Part shown: in pieces, positions 48,900 to 64,000 of the stretch
Position numbering within the stretch: position 1 is the first letter of the stretch
Layout: each line of letters starts with the position of its first letter
Source of the DNA: Oikopleura dioica
Taxonomy: Eukaryota > Animalia > Chordata
Assembly: GCA_907165135.1 (NCBI GenBank)
Contig: OU015569.1
Location: 9,300,001-9,364,000 of the forward strand
DNA: 64,000 bases
Direction of reading: 5' to 3'
Notes under the pieces: model-generated
Databases searched by the model: none
What the model saw: the letters and a program-made list of their open reading frames with translations, nothing else
What the model was told of the DNA's origin: nothing
Program-made: the position numbers and the translations under genes

Positions 48900-51800
48900 T
48901 CAATCTTCAAAAGTAGTGCTCGGTCCATCAGCAGTGTTAAGACAGAAAATGGGTTGGAGGTAGCAGTTTACCGTCAAGACGCCCAGGGTCACGTCCAGCG
49001 ACAATAGATACTCTCACTGGAGTGAAGTAGGAGTACTCGGCGGTTCCAAGAGAAATACCAGGTCGACTCTTATTGGGAGTATTCGTTGCAGAGCATCGAC
49101 CAAGTGGCTTAATCGCATCAGTTATTTGAGCGCAATTTTAACTGCATACTTTTTATCCTTCGCCCATGTGATAGACACAGCTTTGTAACCATTCTTTTCA
49201 AAAATATTATACTTTGTAGCCTCCATCTCTCCGTAGTAAATTCTATAAAGAGATAATTTTGAATAATATACTTGACGCGTACCGCAGAGTGAATCCGGTC
49301 TCGTGGAGCAATATTTCGAGTCCGTATTCTACGAGACCAGTAACGACACCATCCATAATAAATTCAGAGTCTTTTGTGATCCGCTTAATCATGCACCAAA
49401 GGTAAACATCGGATCCGTCTTCTCCAGCAAGCTTGGCTTGCAGTTTACGCTCATTACAGTTCTCGGCCTGCTGTGTAAGTGACTCTTGCGGAGTATCAAA
49501 GGACTCGTCCCAACCAATAGCAGCAGCAAGCTATAATAATCAATGGAAGGTTAAATTGCGGGCGCTACCTGACGATGGACGACAAGGTCAGCGTATCGTC
49601 GAATAGGCGATGTAAAATGCGTGTAAAGGGGGACGGCGAGAGCATAATGGCGGTAGTCGGAGCGATCTTCAATGTCACCTGTGCAGATGTACTTCGCGAG
49701 TTGCATTGTCTTCACGGTAAGGAGGGAAATTGCAGATTGAAAAACATGTGCACTTCCAGGATTCTGTTCTTCCATCTGAAAGATACTTAAAAAAAGCACA
49801 TATAAAGTCATATAATACCTGTAACGTTACTTTCTCAAGAGATCGAGCGAGATCGCGAGAAGAGGAAGCATCGAGTTCGACCCCGTGTTTCTTCAATTCC
49901 TCAACAACTTCGCTAATCTTATCCTGGTTGGGAGCTGGGTGTTGTCGCAGAAATGCCAAATCAGGATAATGACGCTCGATTTTTTCAGCTACGGCGATAT
50001 TTGCCAAAAGCATGAAGTCTTCGATCATCATATGCGAATCTTTTCGTACATAAGGGAAGAAGCCATTGGGAGTCTTGGTAGCTTCATCCCAAGTAAAGCC
50101 GATCTTCGGCTGTTCGATTCTGATACAGCCGTTGGCGACTCTTCTCTCTCGTAATTTCTTGGCCAGCATGTCAAGCATTAGAACACACTTCCTGATTGAT
50201 TCGAGGCAGTAGCCATTGAGGACCTCGGGAAATTCATTGTCGTCGATGACTTCGTCATCTGGGTTCTCAATGAAGTTCTGCGCGTTTTCATAGGAGAATT
50301 TCACACAGCTCTTAATAATACCGCGACCGAACCAGGGCTCTTCGAGCTGATTTCCTTCGGAGTCAAGTTTGAAAACAACTGAAAAACTGTATCGTTCGAC
50401 AAGAGGATTGAGCGAGCAAAGTTCTTCGCATAGTCGTCGTGGAAGCATAGGTACTACCCGATCTGGCATGTAAGTAGAAGTGCATCGCTGTGATGCTATC
50501 TGTAAATAATGTTTCAAACCTCATCGTAAGAAAAACATCTACCTTGTCGATCTTTCCTCCTGGAGGAACAAAAAATGCGACATCTGCAATATGAACACCA
50601 ACTTCGTAGACGTCATCATCTAATTTTTTAATGTGAAGCGCGTCGTCAAGATCGCGAGCCGTCTGAGGATCGATCGTAAAGACGCATTCCCTCCGGAAAT
50701 CACGGCGTTTGGCAACTTGATCGTCAGTTATCTTCCAGTCGCTTCCTGGAAGCTCGTCGTCGACTTCAAATGTTTCCCAATCGCGGGTATCGATGTTCTT
50801 ATCCACCAAAATCGCGTCCATTTGGACTTGAAGATCATTTGGATCACCAATTTCATTTGATAGAACGGCACGCGCATTCTGGGCTCCTTCTTCCCATTCT
50901 GTTATTCTTGCTTCATACACAATTTTCCTGGAAATTATGTCCTTTATGTTCTTGAGCATATCTTCTGCCAGAGAAGACTTTGCAACTAACAATCGTGGCA
51001 GCCGACTATCCATTGGAATGAACAATAAATCTCCAGTATTGACTCCAGAAAGCACAGTGTCAGAAAATGCACCTGCACATCTCTTGTTCGAGCGCGATTC
51101 GATAATTGCCACAATCTTATAAAATACATTTAGCATTTTCTTCATATGAACTTAAAGTTACCTCGGCAGTTCTCTGTATTTCACCCGACTTTCGAGTGAC
51201 CCATGTATCTTCGGGCTTAATTTTATAGGCGACGATGTCGCCTGGCAAAGCTCGATTCTGATCTTTTCGTCCTTGGACAAATAGGTCGCTCCCGCCTTTG
51301 GGATCTGTGACAAATGCATTCTGGTAGTTATTAGCGATGCGAAGCGGTGACTTGAAGTATATTTCGCTCTCAATGCCAGCGTCAACTTCTTCTTTTGATA
51401 GGTGCGGTTGTGTGTTTACACGGTGTAAGGCGGGCTTTACTTCAACTCCTTTTGTCGGGAATAGATAGGAACTATGAAAGAACATTTTGGCACTATCTTT
51501 AGAGCAAAAGGTCAGTTCGTTGTAGTAGCATTGATTGGCAAGAACATTTTTTATGTCTTTCTTAATCACAGATTCTCTGAAGATATCGGAAATTAGTGCA
51601 TCCATAGACTCTTCAGTCATTGGAGCTGTCGAAATAACATTCGCAATCGTATTGTCACCCCAATTGCGCATAAACTGTCTATGCTTTTTCTCGTTCAGCG
51701 TTTCGTTGGCAATGCGATCCTCTTTTGCCCAAAGAACAGTATAGTCTGGCTCCATAACGTCGACGTAATCAAAAAGCTCAATGGCTTCTTGTTGCGTTTT

Positions 51801-52745
51801 CATCTCGATGAAACCGGTGTAACAATTCTGTCGGTTTTTGGATCCCAACGATTTAACTCCTGCTGGATCTCCGATTGCCAACGCCAAATTACGTAAGGCA
51901 TTGAAGTCCTTAAAATTAAAATACTTTTAGCTAAAGAATATATACACGCACCTTATGCTCTATGCAGTTGAGACAAAGTGTCTTATGGGTATCTGAGGGG
52001 GGTGGTCTTCTTATATCCCGGGCAGTAAGCTTTCTTGGAGCTCGTACCGGTTCTTCTTTTCGTTTCGCCTTTTCTTTGCCTGTCTTTTCCTGTCTAGCTT
52101 TGCGCCTCTCGATGTCGCGCTTCGTCGTCAGTCGAGTATGTTTATCAAAGTCCACAATGTCAATTCCATCAACAATTCTATGACTCGAAGCAAGACGAAT
52201 GGTCCTAAATTGAGTTGATATTGATAATCAATTAAAATGAGCAAGTACGTGATTGCTTCGGCTGCTTGCTCGTAGCTTCGCCATCGGAACTGAGTCCACA
52301 TGGAACCGTCTTTCGCTTTGTCATCATGCTCCTCTGCGAAGTGAGAGCCTGAAAAGCCTGTCAACCGCTGGATAACTGGCATGATAGCTGTCTTTATCGG
52401 GTTTGTATGCTGCACCACAATAATTTTGTGCTTTTCGAAATCCCTTGGAAATTTTTTCTTCAGGTCTTCGATAACACCAGCAGTTGTATCAGATTTTGCA
52501 ATGAGCGCACGTCCGTCTTGCTTCTTTTGGAAGCGGTTCTTTTCGCCTCCAGCCTTGCTTCCAACATTTGCGTTGGCCTTTTCTTTTTTGAACTCAGTGC
52601 CTTCTTCTTTTTTATCTTTTTTGCGGTACCTATTGCGCCGGCCACCTTTGCTAGCGCCCTTGTCACCGTCACCGTTCTTTACATTGTCCATGCGTTGCTT
52701 GAATAATAATCCGTTTAAATTGACTCGAGGTCGTTGCTCCGACAT
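48900..52745 (-). CDS. DIS3L2: DIS3-like exonuclease 2 (RNB domain) with long N-terminal extension
   Basis: [46 protein letters not shown]. No PIN domain. Confidence 0.88.
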
Positions 52746-53071
52746 GTCTAAAGCAAATGCCGGTGAGGGATGGTTTCACAAAAATGATATGAAGTTGACG
52801 CGAAGGAAGGTTTGACTCACTCTTAAAAGAGTGGCACCCTTATTGCAAGAAGAAGCTTATGCGTTTGATGTAATATTGCTAAAAATAAGCGGAAGACAAA
52901 TGCGTTAGAATGACAAAGTAATTTTATTCTGGACCTGCCGTTATCCTGTAAGTTGGATGCGGAATCGTAGAAATATACACAAAAATTAGCGTTGTTAAAA
53001 GAAAGAAACTCATTCGGGAGTGAGGACATATTAACGGCGAATTTATAACAAAGAAATGAATTCTTTCCGAG

Positions 53072-54572
53072 CTAGTCGTCATTTCTACCGCTCGGATCGT
53101 GCTTGCAGATGAGCTGATCAATCGTTGAGTATTTAGACACAAGTCCACCGCCTGGTGGCAGTAGAGGGCTGAATTGAGCGGTCCATGGTTTTCGTTGAAT
53201 TTCGTTCAAAATGTCAACGAGGGTAAGGTACATGTCTGGATTCTTCTCACGCTAAAGCTCGCTTGAGAATCGAAAGACAAATATTATCTTACGCATTCCG
53301 TGATGGTCTCTTTTACTGCCTCCTCAAGGATCTCATCAAGTTTCTTTTCTTGATCGACGGCCTCTTGATTTATCTCAGGGCAGGCAGGGAGGGTCAAAAG
53401 CACAACGGACATATTGTCTCGAGAACCCTTAATCACAAACTACCTAAATAAGCAATCACGAAATAATACCTTGTGCAGACTAGTGTCAACAATTTCTGCT
53501 GCGACCATATCAAGTGAGTCTTTGACTCGAAGTCGTCCAGAAATATATGCAGCAAGGTCTTCGTTAGAGAACACATCAAAAATGCCATCACATGCAAGAC
53601 TTAAAAAAAGTTAACAATGCGAAGGGAGATTGATCTTCAATACCAAATATATTGATCCTCGGGGTCTCGCTTCAGGCATGTTACATCTGGCTCAGGAGAG
53701 ACCAACTGCTCCGTTGGCAAGCGATTTTGATCGGTTCTAGAGAACGGTTAGCTTAGGCCGGCGAATTGAGATACAAACTTGTAATCAAAATCACCGAGCG
53801 CTCTCGACACCGCAAGAGAACCATTAATTCTCTGGGTCATGACAAGACCGCCAGCTCTTACGATACGGTCCCGCTCATCATCATCTGTAGGTTTGTGATC
53901 CTAGAGCACATAAAATGACGAAGTCAATAAGGATAAGTACCTTTGTAGAAAACTTAACGGAGTCCTCCCGGACGAGAATCGATCTCGAGTCGCCGCAGTT
54001 AATAAAGAAGAAGTGATTTGGCGAAATTAGAATAGCCGTGCAAGTTGTTCCCGATCGGTCGCCCTGAGTATTGAGCTCCTTTCGCAAAATTTGATCCATG
54101 TTTAAAAACGACTTTTTGATTTGCGTAATAACAGCTTCACAGTTATATTCTCCCGAGTCCGTCAATCCCTACATGAAAAGAGGAGAATCAAGAGAAGCAA
54201 TCGAGAAACAACTTACTTTCAAAACGTCATCGGTAAGAACTTGCTCGATTTTGTCGACAAGCTCGCGAGAGCAAATCTCAGCGGCAACCTTGCCAGCGTG
54301 TCCGTCAAAAACAGCAAAGAATGACCATTTCATGGGTCCTAGGGAAACAACACAGGTGTGCGCATCTTCCATGTCGACTCTCTGTCATTGGCTTCTTTAT
54401 AATAAGCTTAAGATTTCGAACAAATAAATTGTCAGTTATGATTGTAGAATTAAATGAGCTATTAAAGAATCCATCGCCATCCTTGCATCGAGCAGAGGCC
54501 ATACTTAATCCCATTTCCTTCTCCCGAATCGCAATTCTTCTCTGTCTTCGGTTTTGCGAGAAAGGCGCCCAT
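53072..54572 (-). CDS. Protein phosphatase 1A/1B (PP2C)
   Basis: [56 protein letters not shown]. Confidence 0.92.
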
Positions 54573-55553
54573 GACGACGTTTAGGAAACCAAGAAATCAA
54601 ATTAAGATACAATTTTCTGTATTAATTGATATTATTGATTTTTCTCGATTGACATCTAAACAGTTTGCGTCATTTCTACCGTAAAATATACACACCCAAT
54701 GCAGTAAAATCAATGTCGATGAGATAAGTTGAACGTATAAAATGCTAGACAAGCAAGCAATCCTCTCTTCCCAGACTGTTTAATCCTCTGAGCCCACAGT
54801 ATAAAAATATCTTAATTTACTCGAGGCCGTGCCTTAGGCTCGCATAAATTCAAAGAACTTTTATGTTTTTTCAGAATCCGAAAATGTGGTTTCCGTGGAA
54901 ACAAGGCCGAATTTAGCCAAGGAAGTAAAAAAATTTAGGACTTTTGCTGATATCTTTTCTCTCAGATGCACTGACGAAAGCCGGGGCAATCAACAATAAT
55001 CAATTTATTAGGTCTTGGACACGACTAGAAGCGAATACTAGAAGGATTAATTATGGTTAGGAATTGATAAAGCGATAAAAAGGCGTTGAAGTTGGGGAAA
55101 AAGCTTCCCACATGTAGTGATGGTGGTGGTGCAAAGGATATTTTACACTGTAAAATTTACAGTCTTTAGAAAGAAGACAATCAGTACGCAGAAAGGCATA
55201 TTTTCGTGGTAAGTAGTGAAGATAGACAATTATTAGGAGCTTCGTATATTTGGTTATCATTTGGAATTCGTGGTTTGAATCAAAAGTGAAAGGCCACAAT
55301 TAGTGCAGCTAACAAGGAGAAGAACAGTTGAATAGAAGAATTTCGGCAAAGGGAATAGAACAGGAGATATTCTGACGGATGAAAAACGTAAAAATAATGG
55401 CGTGATAAGACGCGGGACCGAAATTTACAGAGAAATGAGTATGTACAAGTTTAGGTTAAGTTGAAATGGATCTTTGGGGTAAATGAAAGTGTGAACTAAA
55501 AAGGTAACTTGAGCAGAAATTCGTGAGAGTTTTGATGAAGAATTTTTAGTGAG

Positions 55554-58500
55554 CTAATACTTTTTTTTCGCGCGTCTCTGTCGTTTCGGGTTGCAGTCGA
55601 AGAGCTCGCCTGACTTCAGCATCTCACCCATTTCGTCCAAGGTCTTACCCTAAACAACAAGTCAATTGTGAACAAAATCTCTTTTCTTCAGAACATGCAG
55701 CCGAGAAGCGAATCAAAAATAGTGCCCGCCTATCAAAACTAACAGTAACTGCCCGATCACCGGTATCATGCTGGTTATACCTTGTAAGTAGTAAGTAAGT
55801 TAGTTAATCAGCCTAGCAAAGATTGATGAGTATGTGGTTAGAGTAAGTGGACGGGTGAAAAATCAAGTTGTGTTGCGTAAGCTACATACGCTGCTAAAAA
55901 AGAAATCTGATTGAACACCTCGACGACGGCGAAGGGTTTCCTTCACAGATATCAACTTTGAACACTTGTCAGCGTCAAAGATGCAGTTCACACGTGAAAA
56001 TTGTAAGACTTTACACTCCCAACCAAATCCTAAGTGAAACTCTTCTGGTCGACTTTACCTGTTTCAATGAGTTTTTTGTGGATATCTTTTCCTGTCTATT
56101 CAAAAGGGTTTGTTGCTGACGAAGACGTTCCTGAATTTTGATTGACATAAATTTGGATACATTGAAGCTTGCCTTAACAAGTTCTTCGCGAGCCTCGTTT
56201 TCAGCTTTCGCCTCTTTTAGTTCGTTAAAGAAGTTTTGAAAGATGGAGAAGAAGTCGTGAGATTCAAGCTGCTTATCACCAAAGCTGACAAGTGCTTGCG
56301 AGTAAGTCTCATCTGTGGATTTAAGAAGGTTTTCGAGGTCGGCCATGTGGGTTTTCGCTGTTTGACAGAAAATTTCTAACGTGGATGGAACTTCGCTACC
56401 CTCAGATTGGAGTTGCTGAGATGGGTTAAATACCAAGTTCAACAGATGAGTTTTGGACTTACCTGTATTTCGAATTCACACGCCGCGAGTCCATCTTTGA
56501 GCTGCTTAACTTCGCTCCGAAGTTGCTTAGAAATGCTAAATTAGTCTAGAAATTTTAATGAAATCTACCTTGAGATCGACCCGACGAGCATCTGATAAAT
56601 GTTTTGTTTCGGCTTCAATATCGTCCAGCGATATTTTATTTTTTGAGGTTTCAAGTTCTTCAACGAGGTAGTGCAGTAGTGTACTTTTACCATCCGTGGT
56701 CTTGGTGTCTCGTAATTTTGACAAGGACGAAAGCTTGAATCCAGGAGAGTTGCCACGGTTGCCTTAGACAATTTTATTCCTTGATACAAGTCAGAAAGTG
56801 ACTACCTTTATTCATGTAATTTCCAAGCGCAAGAACAAGGAGAAACAACTTGCGAATAGATTTTGAATTCTTCAACTCAGTGCAGGCTTCTTTTACCGCA
56901 TCCGCATTCGAAATCGCATTTGAGCGTCGTTCGGTGAACTTTTTACGGAAAACAATTGCGCACAACTTATTCTCGTATCGTAATATTTTGCCCATTTCGA
57001 AAAAGAATCGATCAACGGTCGCCATTTTGTGAGCATCATCAGCGTATTGATTGAGCGTCTCAATTTCTTCCTTCGTAGGAACAAACTTAAGAAGCTGTTC
57101 TGCCAGCTCAGCTGGCAGCTTCTCAGCAGAGTCATTCGTGAGTACAGCTTGTCGAACCTCTCTTTCGCCTAGCTTGAGCCTTGATAACAGAATCGAGCAA
57201 TTCTGACTTCTTCGACCGTCAATCAATTTCAGATCGAGACTCTCTTTGGACTCAACTTCTTCGAAACTTCTAGCGATTGAGCTGCGATGATTGCTCTTCG
57301 CTTGAAATGCGGACTCGAGTCTTTCAAGGTTCAGACACGTGAGAGCTTTTTCAGGTTCCATCTTTTCGAAAATAGTGTTTTTTATTTGCGTTTGCTTAAC
57401 CCAATTGAATGATTTAACAGAAGTTGAAGGCTGCGGAAATTGCTTAACGGGGGCAGGCGGCGCCAAACCACCTGGAGGTGGCGGAGCTAATCCACCAGGA
57501 GGGGGAGGAGCCATTCCTCCGGGCGGAGGAGGAGGGGGAGGCCCACCAGGACCGAGCGGTGCTGCGATTCCTGGTGGCGGAGGCGGTGGAGGGAGAACAT
57601 TTGCCATACTTGGCGGTGCAGGAGGTGCAGGCGCTTGCTGTATCGATCCTGGTGCCATTGGAGGGGGAGGAGGAGGAGGCGGAGAAATAGAAGCTGTACT
57701 TAGATTCTGATCATCAATTGCGGAGGTAGATTTCATGGATAGTTTAACATCATCAGGTAGGTTTATTTTATCGGACTGCAACAGTGCTTGGAGTTTTTCT
57801 TTGAGAGCTTCGTTCTCTTGCTCTAGCTGTTTGAAATTTTCAACTTGTTTTTCATTTTCACGAACTTTTTCGAGTCTTTCTTGATACCGAAGCATTGAAC
57901 GCGTTAGCTCCGTCTTTTCGTTTTTAACACGGTCGAGCTCCTGACCCTCTTTTTGCAAGCTAGCTTCAAGGCTACGACACTTTTCTGTTAGATTTTCGGA
58001 TTTTTTCTTTAGTAAACGAGTAGATTTTTCAAGTTTGAGTCCATCGGCGCACTTCTGTACATTCATTTCAATCACTGTGATGTCTGGATCGAGACCATCA
58101 GGAGCTTGAAGCGAAAGTTGCTGAATAATATCATCCGCCAACGACCAGAAGGGCTGGCTTTTCAGAAGAATTAAGTGCTGCATTATTGAGAGGAAGTGAG
58201 GATAGATTACAGTCGAGCCATGGATTTTTCTTAAGGACTCGCACATATCCGTCGCCGAGTTACTATTGATCGTCACTCCGTTTAGTTTGTCTTGGAGAAG
58301 CTCTTCGTCTTGATCTCGTTGCCATTTGAACCACTCCAGATGAAGATTTAAATCGGCATTCTCATATTGCTCAAGTTTTGTAATCAGAGGAATTATACCA
58401 AGCATAAGGAACTCGTATCGAAGATGAAGACGAAATTCGACGGTATCTTGACCCGCGCCAAATTTAAGGAGCGCATTCACCAACGTCATAATTGAGGTCT

Positions 58501-59536
58501 TAAGCTCGACCTCGAACTCGTTCTCTCGGATAGAGCGTGAGAGGTCGAGTATCAGCGACTGGAATCTCGTTCGTTCGGAAGCGAAGTTTGCGAACTTGGT
58601 CAGGGCGGTAAGAACTTTTTTGTGGCCGCCGGGAATAAGACAAACAGGCCCAAGAATGTCCAGAACCGAAATTTTAGTCTTGACATTTTCTACATTTAGC
58701 GAGTGCGTGATGATATCTACAGCGTCCGGATGCTCGAGAACGTTCGCTCTGCCAGCATGGTTATTCATCAAAGCTGAAGAGAAAAAGAGAATAAAAGGCT
58801 GTTATTGCGCTTGAATGGGTACCTTTTATACAAGCAATGGCTGATGTATGGATGCGTGACTCCTTGACGTCTTTCGCCATTTCTTTTAGAAAATTGAGCA
58901 GGTGACTTAGTCCATGGATCTCGATGAACCTAGAAGACGATGCTCATTGAAATCTAGACTTTTAGAAGTGGAAGGCACCTGTCAACGAAGCTGAGGGGCT
59001 GCGTGCGTAACGCTGACTTTAATCCATCGAATATTCTAAGTCGACGTGCGTATTCTTCCGATTTGGATTGGTCCATATCATCGGATTCAAACGACGTTTT
59101 CTGGTACATAGACTTGATGTTGTCGATATAATATTCGGGAAAGTCTCGTGCTTCTTTAGTCGCTTCCGTTTCACTCGTCTTTGAAACTATAATCTGCCAT
59201 TTCTTCTGTATAGGCATTTTGTACATGAGAACCTGCTTGTCTGCAGGGAGCTCAAGCTCCTGAACGACTTCCATGAATCGTCGCTCAACTAGATTGGGTT
59301 TATTTAAAGCCCTTCGAAAACTCATTACCTTCAGTCTCACTCGGCATAACATTATGAGCTGCGTGATGAGGTTCCTGTAGATTTGATGTGGGTTGGGTAA
59401 GCGGCTCTTTTACTATAAACAGTTTTACGACCAGCAGTGTATATTTGAACTTACCTATATTTATTTCATCAGGAGAGTTTGGCCGAAAACACCCGCATAA
59501 TCCCATAAAACCTGATTTTTTTCGTGGCCTTGGCAT
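55554..59536 (-). CDS. DAAM: Formin, DAAM subfamily (GBD/FH3, FH1, FH2, DAD)
   Basis: [27 protein letters not shown], polyproline FH1, [28 protein letters not shown]. Confidence 0.92.
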
Positions 59537-59714
59537 CGTGGCCACTTTTAGGGATCCGTATTTTCAATCGTTCTAAATATGACTTACTAGATCCAAATCA
59601 TAAGTAGGTCTGTTTATCTAAAACTTGAACTACTGTAGTTCAACTACAGATTAAAATGACAGGTTTGTTTCAGTGAAGTATGCTCATCATTGTAAGGGAA
59701 ATGTACGGAAGATG

Positions 59715-59805
59715 GGGTGTAGGGCGGCTTCGTTCGCAATTTGCGTTCGTAATTTGCGAACGCCGTTCGCAAAATGGCCTTTGCGAACGAAGCCGCCCGC
59801 CACCC
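59715..59805. mobile_element. 91-bp palindromic mini-MITE upstream of DAAM
   Basis: 8-bp direct repeat GGAAGATG on both sides. GGGTG..CACCC termini. 18-bp perfect inverted repeat GGGCGGCTTCGTTCGCAA. Confidence 0.75.
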
Positions 59806-59926
59806 GGAAGATGAGATAGATAATATATGGTGGCGTGTAAAATGTGGCAGTTCTAAGGCGCGCGACCTGAATATAAATTTCATTTCATGAATTGAACTCT
59901 CATCCACCTTTTAGTTTGTGATTGAT

Positions 59927-61182
59927 CTAATTGCCCCGGCTTAAGTTCTTTTCAAAGTAACGGAAAACTGCTTTTCGAAAGTGCTGGTGTGCTGTCTTCA
60001 AGGGAATGATAAGCTGAGATCCTGGATGATTTGCGTCCTTGAAGATATAGTAGCTCTTATCCTCGATGTGAGTGACGCCGGCGATCGTTGGCGATTTCAA
60101 TGTTTTAATTGAAATAATTTCACCAGGATCTTCTTTTTCTTCTTCCGCATCTTCTTCTCCAACCGTCGAGTCATCTGATTCTTCATCAGCTTCTTCATCA
60201 GCTTCTTCATCAGTTTCTTCTTCAGTTTCTTCGTCTGAACTTTCATCTTCAGATTCATCGGAATCGTCTCGCTTCTTGTTCTTTTTTGCTTCCGGGTTAT
60301 CATTGAGGCTATCGATGTACTCAGTCATGAAGTCGAAAATGATCGAGGGTTGTTTGCTGTAGACCTCATCAACCGACACATAATCACAAATGGTCGGTTT
60401 TCCAAAACGCGTTTTCCATTTGATCAAAACTTCTAACTCGCCAAATTGTTCAACGAAGCCGACAATTTTTTCGAATTTGAGGTTACGTGCGAATCCTTCG
60501 CGTCGATCATTCCCGTGCTGTCTAACTCGTGTCAGCTTATTCTAGAAAATTACTGTAAATCAAGTTCGTATTTTAATCGTACCCTATGGATTTTTCGAAA
60601 GTACTCTTCACGAAGTATGTCGCAATTAACTAGATTTTCTTCCGGTTCCCAAGTATTTTCGCTGGGTGGATAGTTTTTCCACTTGACTAAATACTCCATT
60701 CTCTGGTGTTTTTCATTGAAGTGATGTTTTTTAATCGCTTCGATGCTGTATTCTTTGTCTTTTCCTGTAGGAATAATCACACACGGAGCAGCAACATATT
60801 CCTCTATAGTGTCTATGCTGTCACCGACCATAAGTGGACCCCTTCGACGCGAAACCGGGCGGCTCGGCGGCGGAGGAGGAGTGGGTGGCCTCTCATCATC
60901 GTCTGAGAGTATGATCACGTCAGAGGTGGAAGGGTTCATCTCATGGGTTGTCACGCTTCCATTTTCAGATAATGCTTCGAGCTTTGGTTCCTCTTTAATG
61001 CTCGTTGCCCTTCGGTTAGCGATAGTTCGACCGTGTCGAGCAATTTCAGCGCTTTCTGCATCATCAACAGTATTGTTTGAGCCACTTGGTCCTGATATTT
61101 CAGACTCTGTGGACTCGGGATCGTTCGTCGACATCGTTTCCATCTTTTTCGTGAGAAAGGCATCGAGTTTTAGCTGCTTCAT
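59927..61182 (-). CDS. HP1-like chromobox protein: chromodomain plus two chromoshadow-like domains
   Basis: EYSIEAI...EYLVKWKNYPPSENTWEPEENL; GFARNLKFEKIVG...GELEVLIKWK; second IAGVT...YYIFK...LIIPLKTAHQHFRKAVFRYFEKNL. Confidence 0.8.
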
Positions 61183-62159
61183 TCAGAAAAAATGCTTGAT
61201 TTCCCAGTCTAAATTTATCAAAACGGTAACTTCTCTATCAAATCAAGACTCCGAAATAGATCCACTTCGATAAAAACCTAAGATCCCTAAAAGCAGAACC
61301 ATTCTCAAGAATCGAAAAAGAGCTCTGAAAAATGATAAACAATGATGAAACAAGTGTATTGCTCTTGTCTAAAGGAGAGTCTCACTGAAATACCGCACTC
61401 GACGCCTTGTCGTTGTGCAACATCACACATGCTCCCTTATCACCGGGCGATTCACCCACACTGTTTTGTTATATTGGCTTATAAAATATATAATACTCAG
61501 AAACAGATCTGGCGAAGGAAGGTGATTTTTATCATTGTCAGGGCAAAAATAAATAAAAGCGGCCACAATAGTAGCTGAAAGGAGAGAATTTGGGTTTTGA
61601 GGGAAGAAGAATTGGACATAGGCAAAGGTCAATATGAAATGTCCATTAGAAATTAGAATTGTGAACTTCCGACAGCATCAATGTTGAGATCTGTCAACTA
61701 TGATGAGGTGAGAATGAAATCATTAGAAGCCATCAAGTGATGCTTTGTTCTAGGCAGTTTGGGCAGTCATTTTGAGCTACTTTAATTAACCTGTTTGAGG
61801 AGCAACTCGCTCTCTCTTACAATGTATAAATAGTTTAATCAGAGATAATGTCTTCTCTTAGGAAAAAATATATATGGACTGGTGAGTTGAAAAATTGATT
61901 AGAGCTAGAATCAGCATTTGTGAATCTGCGAGAAGAATTATTTTTGATGCGAGGGAGAAGCTCCATCGAAATGATTTACAATGCTAGGTTTCGTTATCCT
62001 TTAAAGATATCTCAAATACAGGGAAAACAGAATAAGTCTAAGAACTTGTGCATTCAGAAAGGACACATGCACAAGCTAGTGGGAGAGAAAAATATCAGTT
62101 TCAAAGTTTCAAGTTTGACACGGAAACGGAGGGCGTTTGCTGGGTCTAATGATGTTAAC

Positions 62160-64000
<1,841 letters not shown>

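Noticed and set aside
55660-56050. Alternative exons in the last DAAM intron
   Set aside because: Plausible splice sites exist, but there is no homology or other support.
57339-57710. Gly-rich plus-strand ORFs
   Set aside because: Antisense shadow of the DAAM FH1 polyproline region.

Overview
Ultra-compact animal genomic DNA, most consistent with an appendicularian tunicate such as Oikopleura. This is inferred from chordate-like genes, many 35-60 nt introns, frequent GA/GC splice donors and operon-like spacing with trans-splice-type acceptors just before start codons. About 28 protein-coding genes lie almost all on the minus strand (SLC4, BBS9, PTB-only protein, MRPL11, FAN1, Gq alpha, CLUAP1, MNAT1, GCKR, NASP, SYMPK, MRPS5, C15orf61, RPL41, IDH3G, SFSWAP, OSBPL, SLMAP, ZFR-like, COA6, DIS3L2, PPM1A/B, DAAM, HP1-like, CARM1). 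Three are on the plus strand: UBE2R, DERA nested in an IDH3G intron, and an orphan gene nested in a SLMAP intron. Six non-autonomous TIR DNA transposons with readable TSDs are present. Main signals: (1) most introns with non-GT donors carry an inverted repeat pairing about intron position +5 with about -9, and three appear to lack even the +1 G; (2) an 821-bp hAT-like element inserted in a GCKR exon builds its own in-frame GT-AG intron (introner-like); (3) unusual domain architectures (DHX9-type dsRBD fused to ZFR, HP1 with two chromoshadow domains, DIS3L2 with an RRM-like N-terminus). All exon-intron structures were deduced by eye from protein homology and need RNA-seq confirmation.
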